This document shows positions 1-13,929 of a stretch of 64,000 bases of DNA, piece after piece. The stretch is from Octopus sinensis (lineage: Eukaryota): NCBI RefSeq assembly GCF_006345805.1, contig NC_043001.1, positions 14,074,001 through 14,138,000 on the forward strand. The letters are read 5' to 3'. Both the position numbers and the translations under genes were made by a program. Within the stretch, counting starts at the first letter, position 1. Each line of letters opens with the position of its first letter. Below the pieces are notes generated by a model, which had not been told where the DNA came from, ran no database searches, and saw only the letters and a list, made by a program, of their open reading frames with translations.

Positions 1-170
1 TGGAGTGGCTGTGTGGTAATTAGCTTGTTTACCAACCACATGGTTCCGGGTTCAGTCCCACTGTGTGGCACCTTGGGCAAGTGTCTTCTACTATAGCCTT
101 GGGTCGACCAAAGCCTTGTGAGTGGATTTGGTAGACGGAAACTGAAAGAAGCCCGTCGTATATATATATG

Positions 171-208
<38 letters not shown>

Positions 209-442
209 CATATATATATATGCGTGTGTGTTTTTGTGTGTCTGTGTTTGTCCCCCTAGCATCGATTGACAACCGATGCTGGTGTGTTTATGTCCCCGTT
301 ACTTAGCGGTTCGGCAAAAGAGACCGATAGAATAAGTACTGGGCTTACAAAAGAATAAGTTCCGGGGTCGAGTTGCTCGATTAAAGGCTGTGCTCCAGCA
401 TGGCCGCAGTCAAATGACTGAAACAAGTAAAAGAGTAAAGAG
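1..442 (+). mobile_element. tRNA-derived SINE, family 1 (CORE-like core, internal TA/TG microsatellite), near full length
   Basis: Head GGAGTGGCTGTGTGG...GGTTCAGTCCC (A/B-box-like), core GGCACCTTGGGCAAGTG, tail CAGTCAAATGACTGAAACAAGTAAAAGAG; many further copies in the window. Confidence 0.85.
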
Positions 443-488
<46 letters not shown>

Positions 489-1432
489 CACAAGTAAGCA
501 TACATAGATATACACAAACATCTCTACGTATTTTCATATGTATGTGTCTGTGAACCTTTGTGTATATGTCGGCGTTGGTATGAACACTTGAAACCACTCC
601 CTTGAACTAAAGTGCGTTTTTCTCTGTCGGTCGGTCAATCTATCAATAGAACTACACTTAACTATCTTTATGAATCACCATCCTCTTCGACCCGATAACT
701 CCTCAATCACTTTCTTCCACAGACATAAACAAACATACAGCTTTCAACTTCATTAGTTAACACCACCCCCAATACACCAAACAACATTCTCCGTAAATAA
801 ATAATTAGCTTTTAAAATATTGGAACATCACTCTCTCGTATTCTACTCGATGAACTTCATTGTGTCCAAAACAAATTTACTCACCCTGAAAGCTTTCACT
901 CACAAATCAATCACGCTACCACCAAACCTCTAGCACTCAATCTAAGTTCTGGCTTTTTGCCATTAAGGCCGAAAGTCTGTTTTGTGCACCTAAGAAGTCC
1001 TTTCTCGCATATAATCTTCTCTCGCAAATAAACTATGTACGTTTCTTCCCTCGCTTTTTAATTACCGCAGATTGACAAATTAAAACTACCTAACTTGTCT
1101 TCTAATGACCCCAAAACAAATCTGTAGGTGGAAGAGTTGCCTGTATTTTATTTATTTATTTTTTTTTTTTACACATCTTATCTGACCTTCTCCATAATGA
1201 TTGTATGAACAGAAACCCTACTTGAAAAACAGAAGTCTAAAAAGCACATATACATGTGTGTGTGTGAAAATATATATATATATATATATATATCATATTA
1301 AATTAGAGATAAAACCACTATTAGGTAAATCAAACAATGAAAAACATAAGCCAATACATAAAATTAATTAATTTATATTATTTTAAATATATATCAGAAG
1401 TATTAAAAGTTTAATAAAAGATAATGAGTAAA

Positions 1433-1495
<63 letters not shown>

Positions 1496-1645
1496 AACAC
1501 ACGATCTCTATTGATCGTTGTTTTACGATCCCTTTTGATCAAAAATCTACCCCACCTTTTTTTTTTCTTTTCTCCCCAAAAAGAAAAGCTCTACTTTGTA
1601 ATTTGTCCCCTTGTGTGGCTAATAAGAAACACACACACACACATA

Positions 1646-1693
<48 letters not shown>

Positions 1694-2134
1694 TCACACA
1701 CACGTGCATATATCTACGCATATATATATATGTGTATTTATAGTGTGCGGTGTGTTTGTATACATACATACATACATACACACACATATGAAGGTGCAAG
1801 CGTGGCTGTGTGGTAAGAAGCTTGCTTCCCAATCACATGGGTTCCGTGTTCAGTTCCATTGCGCGGCACATTGGACAAGTGCCTTCTTCTATAGTCTCGC
1901 GTCGAGCAAAGCCCTGTGAGGGGACTTGGTAGATGGAAAAGGAAAGAACCCCGTCGTATACATATCTATGTATGTCTTTGTGCTACATAACCCCAAAAAC
2001 GTTTTGGGGTACGCAGCACCAGGCGTCATATGACTGTGTGTGTATCTGTATATGTGTGTGTCTATACAGACATACACAGATGTAGACAGACAGACAGACA
2101 CAGATAGACGACAGACAGACAGACATACACAAAC

Positions 2135-2280
2135 ACATTCAGACACAGAAACACAGACAGACATACACACACACATTCAGACACAGAAACACAGACAGAC
2201 ATACACACACACATTCAGACACAGAAACACAGACAGACATACACACACACATTCAGACACAGAAACACAGACAGACAGCC
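2135..2280. repeat. ~38-bp minisatellite, about 4 copies
   Basis: ACATTCAGACACAGAAACACAGACAGACATACACACAC repeated in tandem. Confidence 0.85.
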
Positions 2281-2288
2281 AGACACAC

Positions 2289-2361
<73 letters not shown>
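2289..2361. repeat. (GATA)n microsatellite
   Basis: Pure AGAT tandem run. Confidence 0.95.
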
Positions 2362-2367
2362 TAACGC

Positions 2368-2585
2368 TCCCAGAAACGTTAGCATGGGTAGTAAAGAAAT
2401 AGGTATTTCGTCCGCCTCTGCGTTCTGAGTTCAAATTCCGCCGAGGTCGACTTTGCCTTTCATCCTTTCGGGGTCGATAAATAAGTACCAGTGACGCACT
2501 GGGGTCAATGTAATCGACTTAATCCGTTTGTCTTTACTTGTTTGTCCCTTCTATGTTTAGCCCCTTGTGAGCAATAAAGAAATGG
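2368..2585 (+). mobile_element. tRNA-derived SINE, family 2 (Nin/Deu-type core), with an isolated tail fragment nested in its head
   Basis: CAGAAACGTTAGCA-TGGGTAGTAAAGAAATA-GGTATTTCG..., B box GAGTTCAAATTCC, core GCCTTTCATCCTTTCGGGGTCGATAAA. Confidence 0.75.
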
Positions 2586-2762
2586 GTATACTGATCATGC
2601 TTCTAGAACCCTGCAGAGAACTCTTGCAGTTCCAAGCAACGAAGATTTTTCTAGATGTTCTAGCTTTACATTTGTAACAATCTTTTTGAGCCATGCTGGT
2701 AGTTGAGTGCTGATACTTCCAAACGGGCTCATATCAGCACTTGATCGATAATAATAATAATA

Positions 2763-3024
2763 ATTATTATTATTATTATTATTATTATTTTATTATTATT
2801 ATTATTATTCAGTAGTTTTATTTTTATAGCGTGCTTTCACTTCACTACCGAGCCTTAGGTATGTGCTGTGATTTGTTGTGATGCTCTGATGGTTATTGTA
2901 TGGAAAGTGTTCTGCGTAGGATGTGTGCAGTGCCTAGTAGTGCAATTTTCTGTATGTTATGTGTGTTTGTAAGTCCTGGTGTTTTTGTTACGTATTTGTC
3001 TGAATATTTTTTTATCATGCCTAA
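2763..3024 (-). mobile_element. 3' end of an RLE-type (R2 superfamily, NeSL/HERO-like) non-LTR retrotransposon with (AAT)n tail
   Basis: Minus frame 3024-2893 reads LGMIKKYSDKYVTKTPGLTNTHNIQKIALLGTAHILRRTLSIQ*, matching the remembered IQKxxLLGTAHILR C-terminal motif; followed by a short UTR and (AAT)n. Confidence 0.7.
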
Positions 3025-3791
3025 TTATTATTATTATTATTATTATTTTTTATTATTATTATTATTTTTTATCATGCCTAATTATTATTATTATTATTAT
3101 TTTCATCATCATTTGTTCCAACGTTGTCGATTTCCCTTTTCAAATCTCACAACGAGTGTCTTCGTTTATCAACATCACGTGGCCGATAGACTATGCAAAT
3201 ATATGTTGTTTAAATGTTGTCATTGCATCCGGTTATCACGTTCGACATGTTTGCTGCTGTATTGATACCTGTGAATAGTTGGTAGTTTTAAATGGAACCA
3301 GAAACGTGCGCCGAGTGTAAATCGCCATTGCACAGACACAGATTAGATTCACACCTCACAAAACGCGAAACGAACAGTTTTTAGTAAAAAGAATCTGAAA
3401 TTTAGAAATGAACTTTTTTTAATTACAAAAAAATCACAGCATTCATTAAGAATTTAATTCAAGCTGTCAGTTTAATGTTACTTCTGATCCTGGAGCGTAA
3501 GAATACTAACATCATTTTGTAATAAACTTTGAATAACCATAACTGTAGAACGCAAAATAAAAGATGGATTTGTAATTACGATTTCTCTGAAAAGTTTGTT
3601 TGTTGATGTTGTTACTGTTGTTATTGTTCTTGTTGATGATGATGATGTTTAGATTTTAATTCAAAAGTTTTGGAGAAAGGGATTGGCAATAAAAATATTT
3701 CCAAAAGAACAGAAACCAAAATACTATTTATAAGCTCAGGAAGAATAGATGATATATTTGAGAGAAAAAGAGAGTGTGTCTGTGTGTGTGC

Positions 3792-3823
<32 letters not shown>

Positions 3824-4108
3824 CAGACAGAGGGGAGAGAGACACACACACACAGAGAAAGGTAGTGGTAAAGAATTTAAGAACAAAAATACGTAAATAC
3901 ACAGATGTATGAAACGGTACGCAAAAGATGAAACTAAATTTACGAATCGTAAACGTTGAAGAAAGAAACATTTCTAAGTTAAACGGGTGCAAGACAATTT
4001 CAATGTTATTAATGTAATTTAATAGAATTAATAACTTAAAATCTCAGAAGGAAAGATAAAGAAGATCACACACATCGTGCAACCCTGTAAACGGAATAGT
4101 GTGTGTGT

Positions 4109-4700
4109 GGCGAACTGGCAGAAACGTTAGCGATATTTCGTCTGTCTTTACGTACGGAGTTCAAATTCCGCCGAGGTCGACTTTGCCTTTCATCCTTCCC
4201 GGATCGATAAATTAAGTACCTGTTTCTTTACTACCCACAAGGGGCTAAACACAGAGAGGATAAACAAGGACAGACAAATGGATTAAGTCGATTATATCGA
4301 CACCAGTGCGTAACTGGTACTTAATTTATCGGCCCTGAAAGGATGAAAGGCAAAATCGACTTCGGCGGAATTTGAACTCAGAACGTAGCGGCAGACGAAA
4401 TACCTATTTCTTTACTACCCACAAGGGGCTAAACACAGAGGCGACAAACAAGGACAGACAAACGGATTAAGTCGATTACATCGACCCCAGTGCGTAACTG
4501 GTCCTTAATTTATCGACCCCGAAAGGATGAAAGGCAAAATCGACCTTGGCGGAATTTGAACTCAGAACGTAACGGCAGACGAAATACGGCTACCCATTTC
4601 GCCCGGCGTGCTAACGTTTCTGCCAGCTCGCCGCCTTCAGGGTCGATAAATTAAGGACCAGTTGTGTACTGGCCCTGGCCCCCTCCCCAGAAATTTCAGA
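4109..4700. mobile_element. Family-2 SINE (+) interrupted by two tandem family-2 copies (-)
   Basis: The plus copy breaks at AAGTACC (~4220) and resumes near 4640; two minus copies are joined at GAAATACC|TATTTCTTTAC. Confidence 0.8.
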
Positions 4701-4786
4701 TTTTCCGTCGGGATTACATGGCGCTTCTTGGTCACATTCTCCCACAAAACTACTTTCATACATCAGTCGGGGTAGTCTTGATTGAA

Positions 4787-5163
4787 GCACTCCGTCGGTT
4801 ACGACGATGAGGGTTCCGGTTGATCCGAATCAACGTAACAGCCTGCTTGTGAAATTAACGTGTAAGTGGCTGAGCACTCCACAGGCACGTGTACCCTTAA
4901 CGTAGTTCTCGGGGATATTCTGCGTGACACAGAGAGTGACAAGGCCGGCCCTTTGAAATACAGGTACAACAGAAGCAGGAAGTAAGAGTGAGAGTAAGTT
5001 GTGGTGAAAGAGTACAGCAGGGATCACCACCATCCCCTGCCGGAGACTCGTGGAACTTTAGGTGTTTTCGCTCAATAAACACTCACAACGCCCGGTCTGG
5101 GAATCGAAACCGCGATCCTATGACCGCGAGTCCGCTGCCCTAACCACTGGGCCATTGCGCCTC
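4787..5163 (-). mobile_element. tRNA-derived SINE, family 3 with tail a (...GTAACCGACGGAGTGC)
   Basis: Minus head GGCGCAATGGCCCAGTGGTTAGGG...GTTTCGATTCCC; related copies at 10021 and 16469. Confidence 0.8.
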
Positions 5164-5425
5164 CACAGTCAGGGTAGTTACCTCTTACCTTGCTGTAAAT
5201 ATGTTACTTCGACTTAACAGCAAACTCGAAACTCTGTAATTGCAGCGAGGAAGGCAAACATTAGCCACAAAAGTGGTTCTGTGGTAAGATGTTTGTTTCC
5301 CAACCATATGGCTTCGGGTTCAGTCCCACTGCTTGGCAGTTTAGGCGAATGTCTTCTAATATTTACCGGGCCAAACAAAGCCTTGTGAGTAGGCTCGGTA
5401 GACAGAAACTGACAGGAGGGTGTCG

Positions 5426-5461
<36 letters not shown>

Positions 5462-5625
5462 TATATACACATCTACATACGTATAGATACACGTATATTC
5501 ATACATATATACATACACACGCACATACATACACACATACATACACACGCACATACATACGCACACCTGCGCGCATGCACGCACACGCGCGCGCACACAT
5601 ACACACACAAATGTAGATGTATAAA

Positions 5626-5656
<31 letters not shown>

Positions 5657-5754
5657 TTGTAAAAAATGAAGTTCGAAAATGCTGCTATATTATACAATTT
5701 TTAATTTTTTATATACATTATAACATGTTTCATATATATATGTATGTATGTATG

Positions 5755-5821
<67 letters not shown>

Positions 5822-7951
5822 TAATAGTGTATAAAAATTTATACACGGAGAGAAGACCACCATGTAGACTTCTTACATGCTGAAAAGGGCAGTCAAAACC
5901 CAGACCACGAAAAGAAACATTCAACTTTAAAGCCTGTTGCTTGTAAGCGAGCAGGATATCTAAACAGATAAAAGTCTCAGTTAACCCTATACCCATGAGT
6001 TTCACCATTAGTGATCAGATAAATCAATTAGTTAATCAATTAATTTAATTAACCATCCGTGGCTCATCAGTAGAACCGCTGGAAAATGCATAGCTATGAA
6101 ACTACAATACGTATCGAAAGATACGAAATAAAACACACGTACTTTTAGCTCCATTTTTATACATCAAAAAGTCAATCAAATATCCTGAAGCACGGTGCCG
6201 AATCAGAATAGTACAGCAGGGAAAAAATTCAACTGTATATTACAGCCGAAGAATCGAAATATTTAGCTGCCGTTTTCAGCATGTAAGAGGTCCACATGAT
6301 GGTCTTTTCTGCGTATATAATTTTTTATACATTATTATATAGAAATATTTATTGTCTGACTTTTATAACGCATATATATATATATGCATATATATACGCA
6401 CACACGTTTGTGTGTGTGTATGTGCTTGTCCCCCCTCAATCGCTTCACAACCGATGCTGGTGTGTTTACGTCCCGTAACTAAGTGGTTCGGCAAAAGAAA
6501 CCGAGAGAATAAGTACTAGGCTTAGGGGTCGATTTGCTCGACTAAAGGCGGTGCTCCAGCATGGCCACACTCAAATGACTGAAACAAAAGTATAAACGAA
6601 CATACATACATCTTTCTATCTGCTTGTATGTATGTTGATCACATATACACACTGCCTAAAAAATAACTGACTCCTTAAACTATCATCAGTTTGAGCTTTC
6701 TTTGGGGAAAAGATCCCCATCTACAGCTGGGTAGCATACGATTGATCCCACCCCCAAAATACAATGCAATTTCAACCATCTCAGAACAGGGCTCCTTTTC
6801 TTTGTTTCTGTCTTCTTTCTTTTTCCAGTCTTTTATTTTCTCTCTCGAACCAATCCTCCAAAAACTCACCACACACACACATTTATAAACACACACACAC
6901 ATAGATTTACAATAACGAAGACTGTTCTCTTCCCGATTCAACTCCAGATTATTATTTTTTAACTAATTCACATTAGTTAAAAAATAATCAAATTCGTAAA
7001 AGGGATAAAAACAAAATTACCCCTGAAGAATCTCTGAAACGAAATGAAAACGCTAAATAAATAATCATTCGAAATATTGTCAACCTCCTTTTTCTTAATA
7101 TATAAAATCTGTACACCACTTCAAACAATCCAATATATATATATATTTATATATACATTCCATTACAAATCACCACACACACACACACACACACACACGC
7201 CTACACAAATATAGTTATCTGTCCAAATAGTTGAAAACACAGATGTTTTCACATAAACAAACCCCTCAAACTCAGCAGGAGATGCAACATTTATTAGAAA
7301 TAAAACACACCCTAAACTACTTTGCCAAGTAATTTCGTTGAAAACATTCAGCTGAAAAACTTTACACAAACACACAAAAAAAACAGTGAAATAAACAAAT
7401 AAATAAATAAAGCTACTGACCAGAGATATATTACATTCAGAAAATATTATACCAACTGATGACATGCATATATCCACTCATACACATCTATATATATATT
7501 AATTTACAGATATGCAAAATACTACACATACACCACATGCGCGCGCACACACTCAGAAATACACTCACACATACAACCCCACAGAAATATACACATCATA
7601 TTTTTTCCAAATAACATTCTCTTTCTCTCTTTTACACTCTTTTCCTTGTTTGAGTCATTTGACTGCGGCCATGCTGGAGCACCGCCTTTAGTCGAGCAAA
7701 TCGACCCCAGGACTTATTCTTTGTAAGCCCAGGACTTATTCTTTGTAAGCCCAGTACTTATTCTATCGGTCACTTTTGCCGAACCGCTAAGTTACGGGGA
7801 CGTAAACATACTAGCATCGGTTTTCAAGCGATGTTGGGAGGACAAACACACACACACATATCTATATATATATAGGGAGAGTTTACGAAAAAAACAAAAG
7901 ACGAAGACAGGTTGTGTACAAAACAAACAGATGTATTAGTATAACGCTCAG

Positions 7952-8003
<52 letters not shown>

Positions 8004-8088
8004 TTCGAGACAAAACCACTATTTTGCAAAACAAACAAGGAAAGACTTAATCAATACATAAAAATTTTTAATATAAAGAAATAAACCG

Positions 8089-8131
8089 CCACTACAATCG
8101 TTTCATGTCTTCAATGACATTCGTCAGGTGG
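8089..8131 (-). ncRNA. Minimal type I hammerhead ribozyme (mirror copy)
   Basis: Reverse complement of 8172-8214. Confidence 0.75.
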
Positions 8132-8171
8132 ATTTTCGATCTCCTAATCTGTTTTAATTTATGAATTAAAT

Positions 8172-8214
8172 CCACCTGACGAATGTCATTGAAGACATGA
8201 AACGATTGTAGTGG
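8172..8214 (+). ncRNA. Minimal type I hammerhead ribozyme
   Basis: CCAC-CTGACGA-ATGTC(attgaa)GACAT-GAAAC(gatt)GTA^GTGG: stem I CCAC/GTGG, intact CUGANGA and GAAA core, GUA cleavage triplet. Confidence 0.75.
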
Positions 8215-8388
8215 CGGTTTATTTCTTTATATTAAAAATTTTTATGTATTGATTAAGTCTTTCCTTGTTTGTTTTGCAAAATAGTGGTTTTGTCTCGAAT
8301 TAATATTATATAATATTTTACTTTAAAATTGGATTTAATCCTAAATCTGATTTTCCCCTGTAAATTTGGATTTATTCCCTAATATTTA

Positions 8389-8444
<56 letters not shown>

Positions 8445-10020
8445 TATATATGACGGGCTTCTTTCAGTTTCCGTCTACCAAATCCACTCAGAAGGCTTTG
8501 GTCGGCCCGAGGCTATAGTAGAAGACACTTGCCCAAAGTGCCACGCAGTGGGACTGAACCCGGAACCGTGTGGTTGGGAAGCAAGCTACTTACCACACAG
8601 ACACTCCTGTGACTAGATTATTTCAGTTGAAATACTCTACACACACACACACAGGTTGGATTTGCTCAAGTAAATAAACAAACAGAAATACAACACCATA
8701 ATAATGATTTCAAATTCTAGCACAAGACCAAAACTTCGGGGTAGGGGCTATTCGTTTACATCAACCCCAGAGCTCAACTGCTACTTATTTTATCGACTCA
8801 GACAGGACGAAAGGACGAGCTTCTCTCAGTTTCCATAAAACACTTGCCCAGGGTGCCGCATAGAGAGACTGAAACCGCAACCATGTGATTGGGAAGCAAC
8901 CTTCTTACTACACAGCCATGCCTGGAATTTCTTATGCTAATACAGTTTATGGAGTAATAGAAACATCCAAGGATAGCCTGATCTTGTGTGAATATCCAAT
9001 TTTATTAGGTTTTCTAAAGGGTTTATGGCAGGTTGTGTTTAGATCTTAAGATTAAGAAGGTTAACTGTGTCTAAATTAAGAGCTCTAGTTATACTTAGGC
9101 AGAAAGTACTGAATATGTGTATAATTTTCTTCCTTTGTGTGTCTAATTTACGTCCGTTTGAACTAATTAATAGAGCTAATTAGTCATCGCTATCAAGATT
9201 GAAATTTAGTAATGCAAATATCTAAGAACATTTAAAATGTGTAATTTTACAAGATCGCATATTTCCCCGTTGGCATCTGATCTTATAATTACATTAATAA
9301 ATAATATTGCTTTCAAGCTTTGACACAAGGCCAGCAATTTCGGGGGAAAGGATGAAGACAATTACATCGATCTTGGTGTTCACTTGGTATTATATTATCC
9401 CTTTCATCCCCGAAAGGGGACGAAGGGCAAAATCGACCCTATCGAAATTTGAACTCTCAACGTCAAGACGGACGAAATGCCGCTCAGCATATTATCGATT
9501 CTGCCAGCTCGCCGCCCTCCGTATTAACATGTAATATTACGTTAACAAAGGACAGCGAACTGGCAGTATCGTTACCGTATTGTCATTTTTTTCAGATATT
9601 TTACGTTCCGAGTTCAAATCACGCCGAGGTCAATTTTGCCTTTCATCTTTCGAGTTCGATAAAATAAGTATTGGTCAAGTACTGCGATCGATGTCATCGA
9701 CTGGCCCCTGCCCTCAAAATTTTAGGCCTTGTGCCTATACTCTTTACACTTTTACTTGTTTCAGTCATTTGACTGTGGCCATGCCGGGGCACCGCCTTTA
9801 GTCGAACAAATCGACCCCAGGATTTATTCTTTGTAAGCTTGATACTTATTCCATCGGGCTCTTTTGCCCAACCGCCAGGTTATCGGGACGTAAACACACC
9901 AGCATTGGTTGTCAAGCGATGGTGGGGGGGACAAACACAGACACACATAAATAGAAAGATAAATAGAGAGAGAGAGAGGTGGGAGAGAGAGGGAGGGAGG
10001 GAGAGAGAGACACACATCTC

Positions 10021-10381
10021 GTGGCACTCCGTCGGTTACGACGACGAGGGTTCCAGTTGATCCGATCAACGGAACAGCCTGCTCGTGAAATTGACGTGCC
10101 AGTGGCTGAACACTCCACAGACACGTGTACCCTTAACGTCGTTCTCAGGGAGATTCAGCGTGACACAGAGTGTGACAAGGGCTAGCCCTTTGAAATACAG
10201 AAACAGGAAGCAAGACTGAGAGAAAGTTGTGGTGAAAGAGTACAGCAGTGTACGCAACCACCCCTTACCGGAGCCTCGTGGTGTTTCCGAGCCTTTAGGT
10301 ATTTCCGATCAATAAACACTCACAATGCCTGGCCTGGGAATCGAAACCACGATCCCACGACCAGTGGCCCATTGCTTCTCC
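10021..10381 (-). mobile_element. Family-3 SINE, tail a
   Basis: Homologous to 4787-5163. Confidence 0.75.
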
Positions 10382-11356
10382 ACGCGCACACACCTATATA
10401 TATTGTTGAACCGAGTGAGAGAAAGAGCGAGAGAGGGATACATTTTTATATTTGCTATACCTTGTACAGCACAGATAAGTGTTTTATTGGAAGCCAGTAT
10501 TTGCCTCCATATCTGTATTTCTAATACAAACTCACCAACACGCACATACAGGCAAATAAAATTTTTTCGTTTTTGTTGGTTTCGTTTCTTTCAAAATATA
10601 ACTAAACGTATAAAACTTGAAAATATATATTTGAAAGATAATACTTCCAATTTTTATGTTTTATGTCATTTTCGTAAAAGATACATTCATTAAAAACTGC
10701 AAAAAAGAAACAAGACAAATATATTGTTTCGCTCTTCATAAACTATAATCAAATTTGAAATTTTGTGCGTAGCTACGTTTCAAATATTGGAACTTAAAAT
10801 ATAAAGAACCATGAAATATAGACAGTATCGTGTTAAATACTAGAAATGCAAAAACAATATAGTCACAATTTTAATATTCATTTCATTCAGTAATATATTT
10901 TGAATCTTATTAAATGTTATTCATTGTTTATTTGGCTTTAACGTATCTGTTTGTTTAAGCAAGTATGAAGACATTCGTGTACGAGTGATGTGTCAACCTA
11001 CAAATAGATACACGTCTGTGTGTGGTTATATACAAATATACACACACACGTCTGCATGAATGTGTGTGTGTGTGTGTATATATATATATAGTGAGAGAGA
11101 TAAACAGACACATAGACAAATAGACAGAGACAGCCAGACACAGACAGCTAGAAAAAGAAAGAGAGATAGAGCCAGACACATAAACAAATAGAGAGAGAGA
11201 GAGAACCAGACACATAGACAGCTAGAGACAGACAGACAGACACACACACACACACACAGATAGACAGACAAAGATAGATAAAGAGAGAGATATATGGACG
11301 GATGGATTGATTGATGGATACATACATTCACATATAAATATTCATATATACGCATA

Positions 11357-11399
<43 letters not shown>

Positions 11400-11545
11400 G
11401 CACATTTTAGGTATATATTTATATATAATTATGTATATATATATACATGTATACAAATGTGCATGTATGCACATATGTGTACATATATATATATATGCTT
11501 ATATATTTGTATATATAATATATATGTACATATATATATACATGC

Positions 11546-11614
<69 letters not shown>

Positions 11615-11619
11615 ATTCA

Positions 11620-11852
11620 TTCTGTTACTTCTTTCAGTCTTGTGACTGCGGCTATACTAGAGCACTGCCATTAGTCGAACGAATCGACCCCAGGACTTTT
11701 TCTTGCAAGCCTAGTTCTTATTCTATCGGTCCTTTTTGCCGAACCGCTAAGTTACGAGTACATAAACACACCAACATTGGCTGTGAAGCGATGGTGGGAG
11801 GACAAAAACAGACACACAGTCACACACATCTATATATCACATCTATATATCA

Positions 11853-11887
<35 letters not shown>

Positions 11888-11980
11888 GACGGGCTTCTTT
11901 CTGTTTCCGTCTACCAGATCCATCCACAAGGCTTTGGTCGTCCCGCGGCTATAGTAGTAGACACTTGCCCAAGGTGCCAT
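11620..11980 (-). mobile_element. Family-1 SINE (5' truncated)
   Basis: Homologous to 1-442. Confidence 0.75.
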
Positions 11981-12102
11981 AATGTTTGTAGCTGCGTATC
12001 TGTTTACCTGCTGTTAGTTATAGTTATCTTGGCGCCGGCTTTAACGTTGGGGAAGATAATGGAAGAAAAATGAAGAGACGGATAGAACAGAGAGAAGGAG
12101 AT

Positions 12103-12591
12103 GATTCTTTATTAGAATAATTACATATCCAACATAGATGGGACAACACAGGACATTACAAACAAATATTGTGTTTCTGAATTCGTTTTTAAAGGGGTTT
12201 TTAAAATATGATGAAAATCATATTTTAAAAGTTTACAAGTTTTACAAGTTTACTCTTGGACGTGAAACCGAACGGCTAGACCATACTTTTTTTTTTTACC
12301 ATGGATGAGATTAAGTATGGTCCTTCACACCCAACTTCCTTGCCACATCCTTCTATCTTTTTTCCAGAATATACTTCGCGACAGGTGTCTCCTATCCAGC
12401 CCCATATTGCTCTTCAGATAATATTTGAAGTAATATAGCAAACCAAGGCCGGAGATGAAAATTCCTACCACGACTCCTTTCATTGTTGTTTTCCATATAC
12501 ACTCCTTCAATACGGCGACTGTGCATAAAACACATGCTTCACCTTCCTTTCATAGTCCGGGCGGCGGTACAATCTCGATCATGGAGTAAGC
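12103..12591 (-). mobile_element. Degenerate 3' end of an L1/Tx1-clade LINE (ORF2 C-terminus plus 3' UTR)
   Basis: Minus reads AYSMIEIVPPPGL*KEGEACVLCTVAVLKECIWKTTMKG...LLYYFKYYLKSNMGLDRRHLSRSIFWKK, then shifted KDVARKLGVKDHT; resembles remembered Tx1-like ORF2 C-termini; ends ...TGTCCCATCTATGT...TAATAAAGAATC. Confidence 0.55.
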
Positions 12592-13116
12592 AACAGAGAG
12601 AAAGAGAGGCAGAAGCAGGTAGATTAGAAGAGAAGGCTATGGTGATAGTAATAGTGGCGGTTGTGACGCTTATGCATTCTGTCTGTGGCTGTGGTTTCTA
12701 GTGGTGGCCGCGGAGACACAAATGATGACGTTCTTCATTTGTTCTCCTGGTGGCTTTGGTGATTAATAGTTTAGTCGTAGTCTGACAATGATTTGCAAGA
12801 CGCTGGTATATTTGCGTAAATATACTTAAAATTATGTCCATGAGTAAACCACACCTGTTCTGTGGGATTTCCACAGGTTCAGAAAATATACATATATATA
12901 TACATCGTGGCACGCCGAAACAACTGTAGTATTTGTAATAAAGCGGCTGAAGATTTATATATATACATATATATCACCGTGACCGACCAGGCTATTAGAT
13001 GTTGCTACACATCGCTGGTCACAATGCGCTTCGCATTGTTTTAGCCTTCAAATGACGCCACCCCGCTGGCTAAGCGAGCAGGCCAATATATATATATATA
13101 TATATATATATGCGTA

Positions 13117-13480
13117 GCCGCAAGCGTGGCTGTGTGGTAAGTAGCTTGCTTACCAACCACATGGTTCCGAGTTCAGTCCCACTGTGTGGCACCTTGGGCA
13201 AGTGTCTTCCACAATAGCCTCGGGCCGACCAAAGCTTTGTGAGTGGATTTGGTAGACGGAAACTGAAAGAAGCCTGTCATATATATGTGTGTGTATGTGT
13301 GTGCGTGCGTCCCACTATCGCTTGATAACCGATGTTGATGTGTTTATGTCCCTGTAACTTAGCGGTTCGGCAAAAGAAACAGATAGGATAAGTACTAGGC
13401 TTACAAAGAATAAGTTCAAGGGTCGATTTGTTCGACTAAAGGTGGTGCTCCAACATGGCCGCAGTCAAATGACTGAAAGA
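13117..13480 (+). mobile_element. Family-1 SINE
   Basis: Homologous to 1-442. Confidence 0.8.
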
Positions 13481-13654
13481 AAATTATATATGCCTTGTGA
13501 GTGAATTTGATAGACGGAAACTGAAAGAAGCCCGTTGGGTGTGTATGTGTGTGTGCGTGTTTTACCACCACCACCATCGCTTGACAACCGATGTTTGTGT
13601 GTTTACACCTCCGTAACCAAGCGGTCCTGTCAAAGAGACCGATAGAATTAGTAC

Positions 13655-13876
13655 TCTTTTAATTGTTTCAGTCATTTAACTGCGTCCATGCTGAAGCACC
13701 GCCTTTAATCGAGAAACTCGACCCCGGGACTTATTCTTTTGTAAGCCCAGTACTTATTCTATCGGTCTCTTTTGCCCAACCGCTAAGTGACGGGGACGTA
13801 AACACATCAGCATCGGTTTTCAAGCAATGCTAGGGGAACAAACACAGACACACAAACACACATACATATATATATA

Positions 13877-13929
<53 letters not shown>

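Larger units (their letters stand above)
7991..8312. repeat. Perfect inverted repeat (145-bp arms, 32-bp spacer), Penelope-like pseudo-LTR remnant
   Basis: Arm 7991-8135 is the reverse complement of 8168-8312; each arm carries a hammerhead core. Confidence 0.85.
7640..8610 (-). mobile_element. Family-1 SINE split by Penelope-type remnants inserted in its internal (TA)n
   Basis: 3' half at ~7640-7850 and 5' half at ~8450-8610 are collinear. Confidence 0.75.

Noticed and set aside
5090-5163. tRNA gene candidates at SINE heads
   Set aside because: No closed acceptor stem, and each continues into a SINE body; they are tRNA-derived heads.
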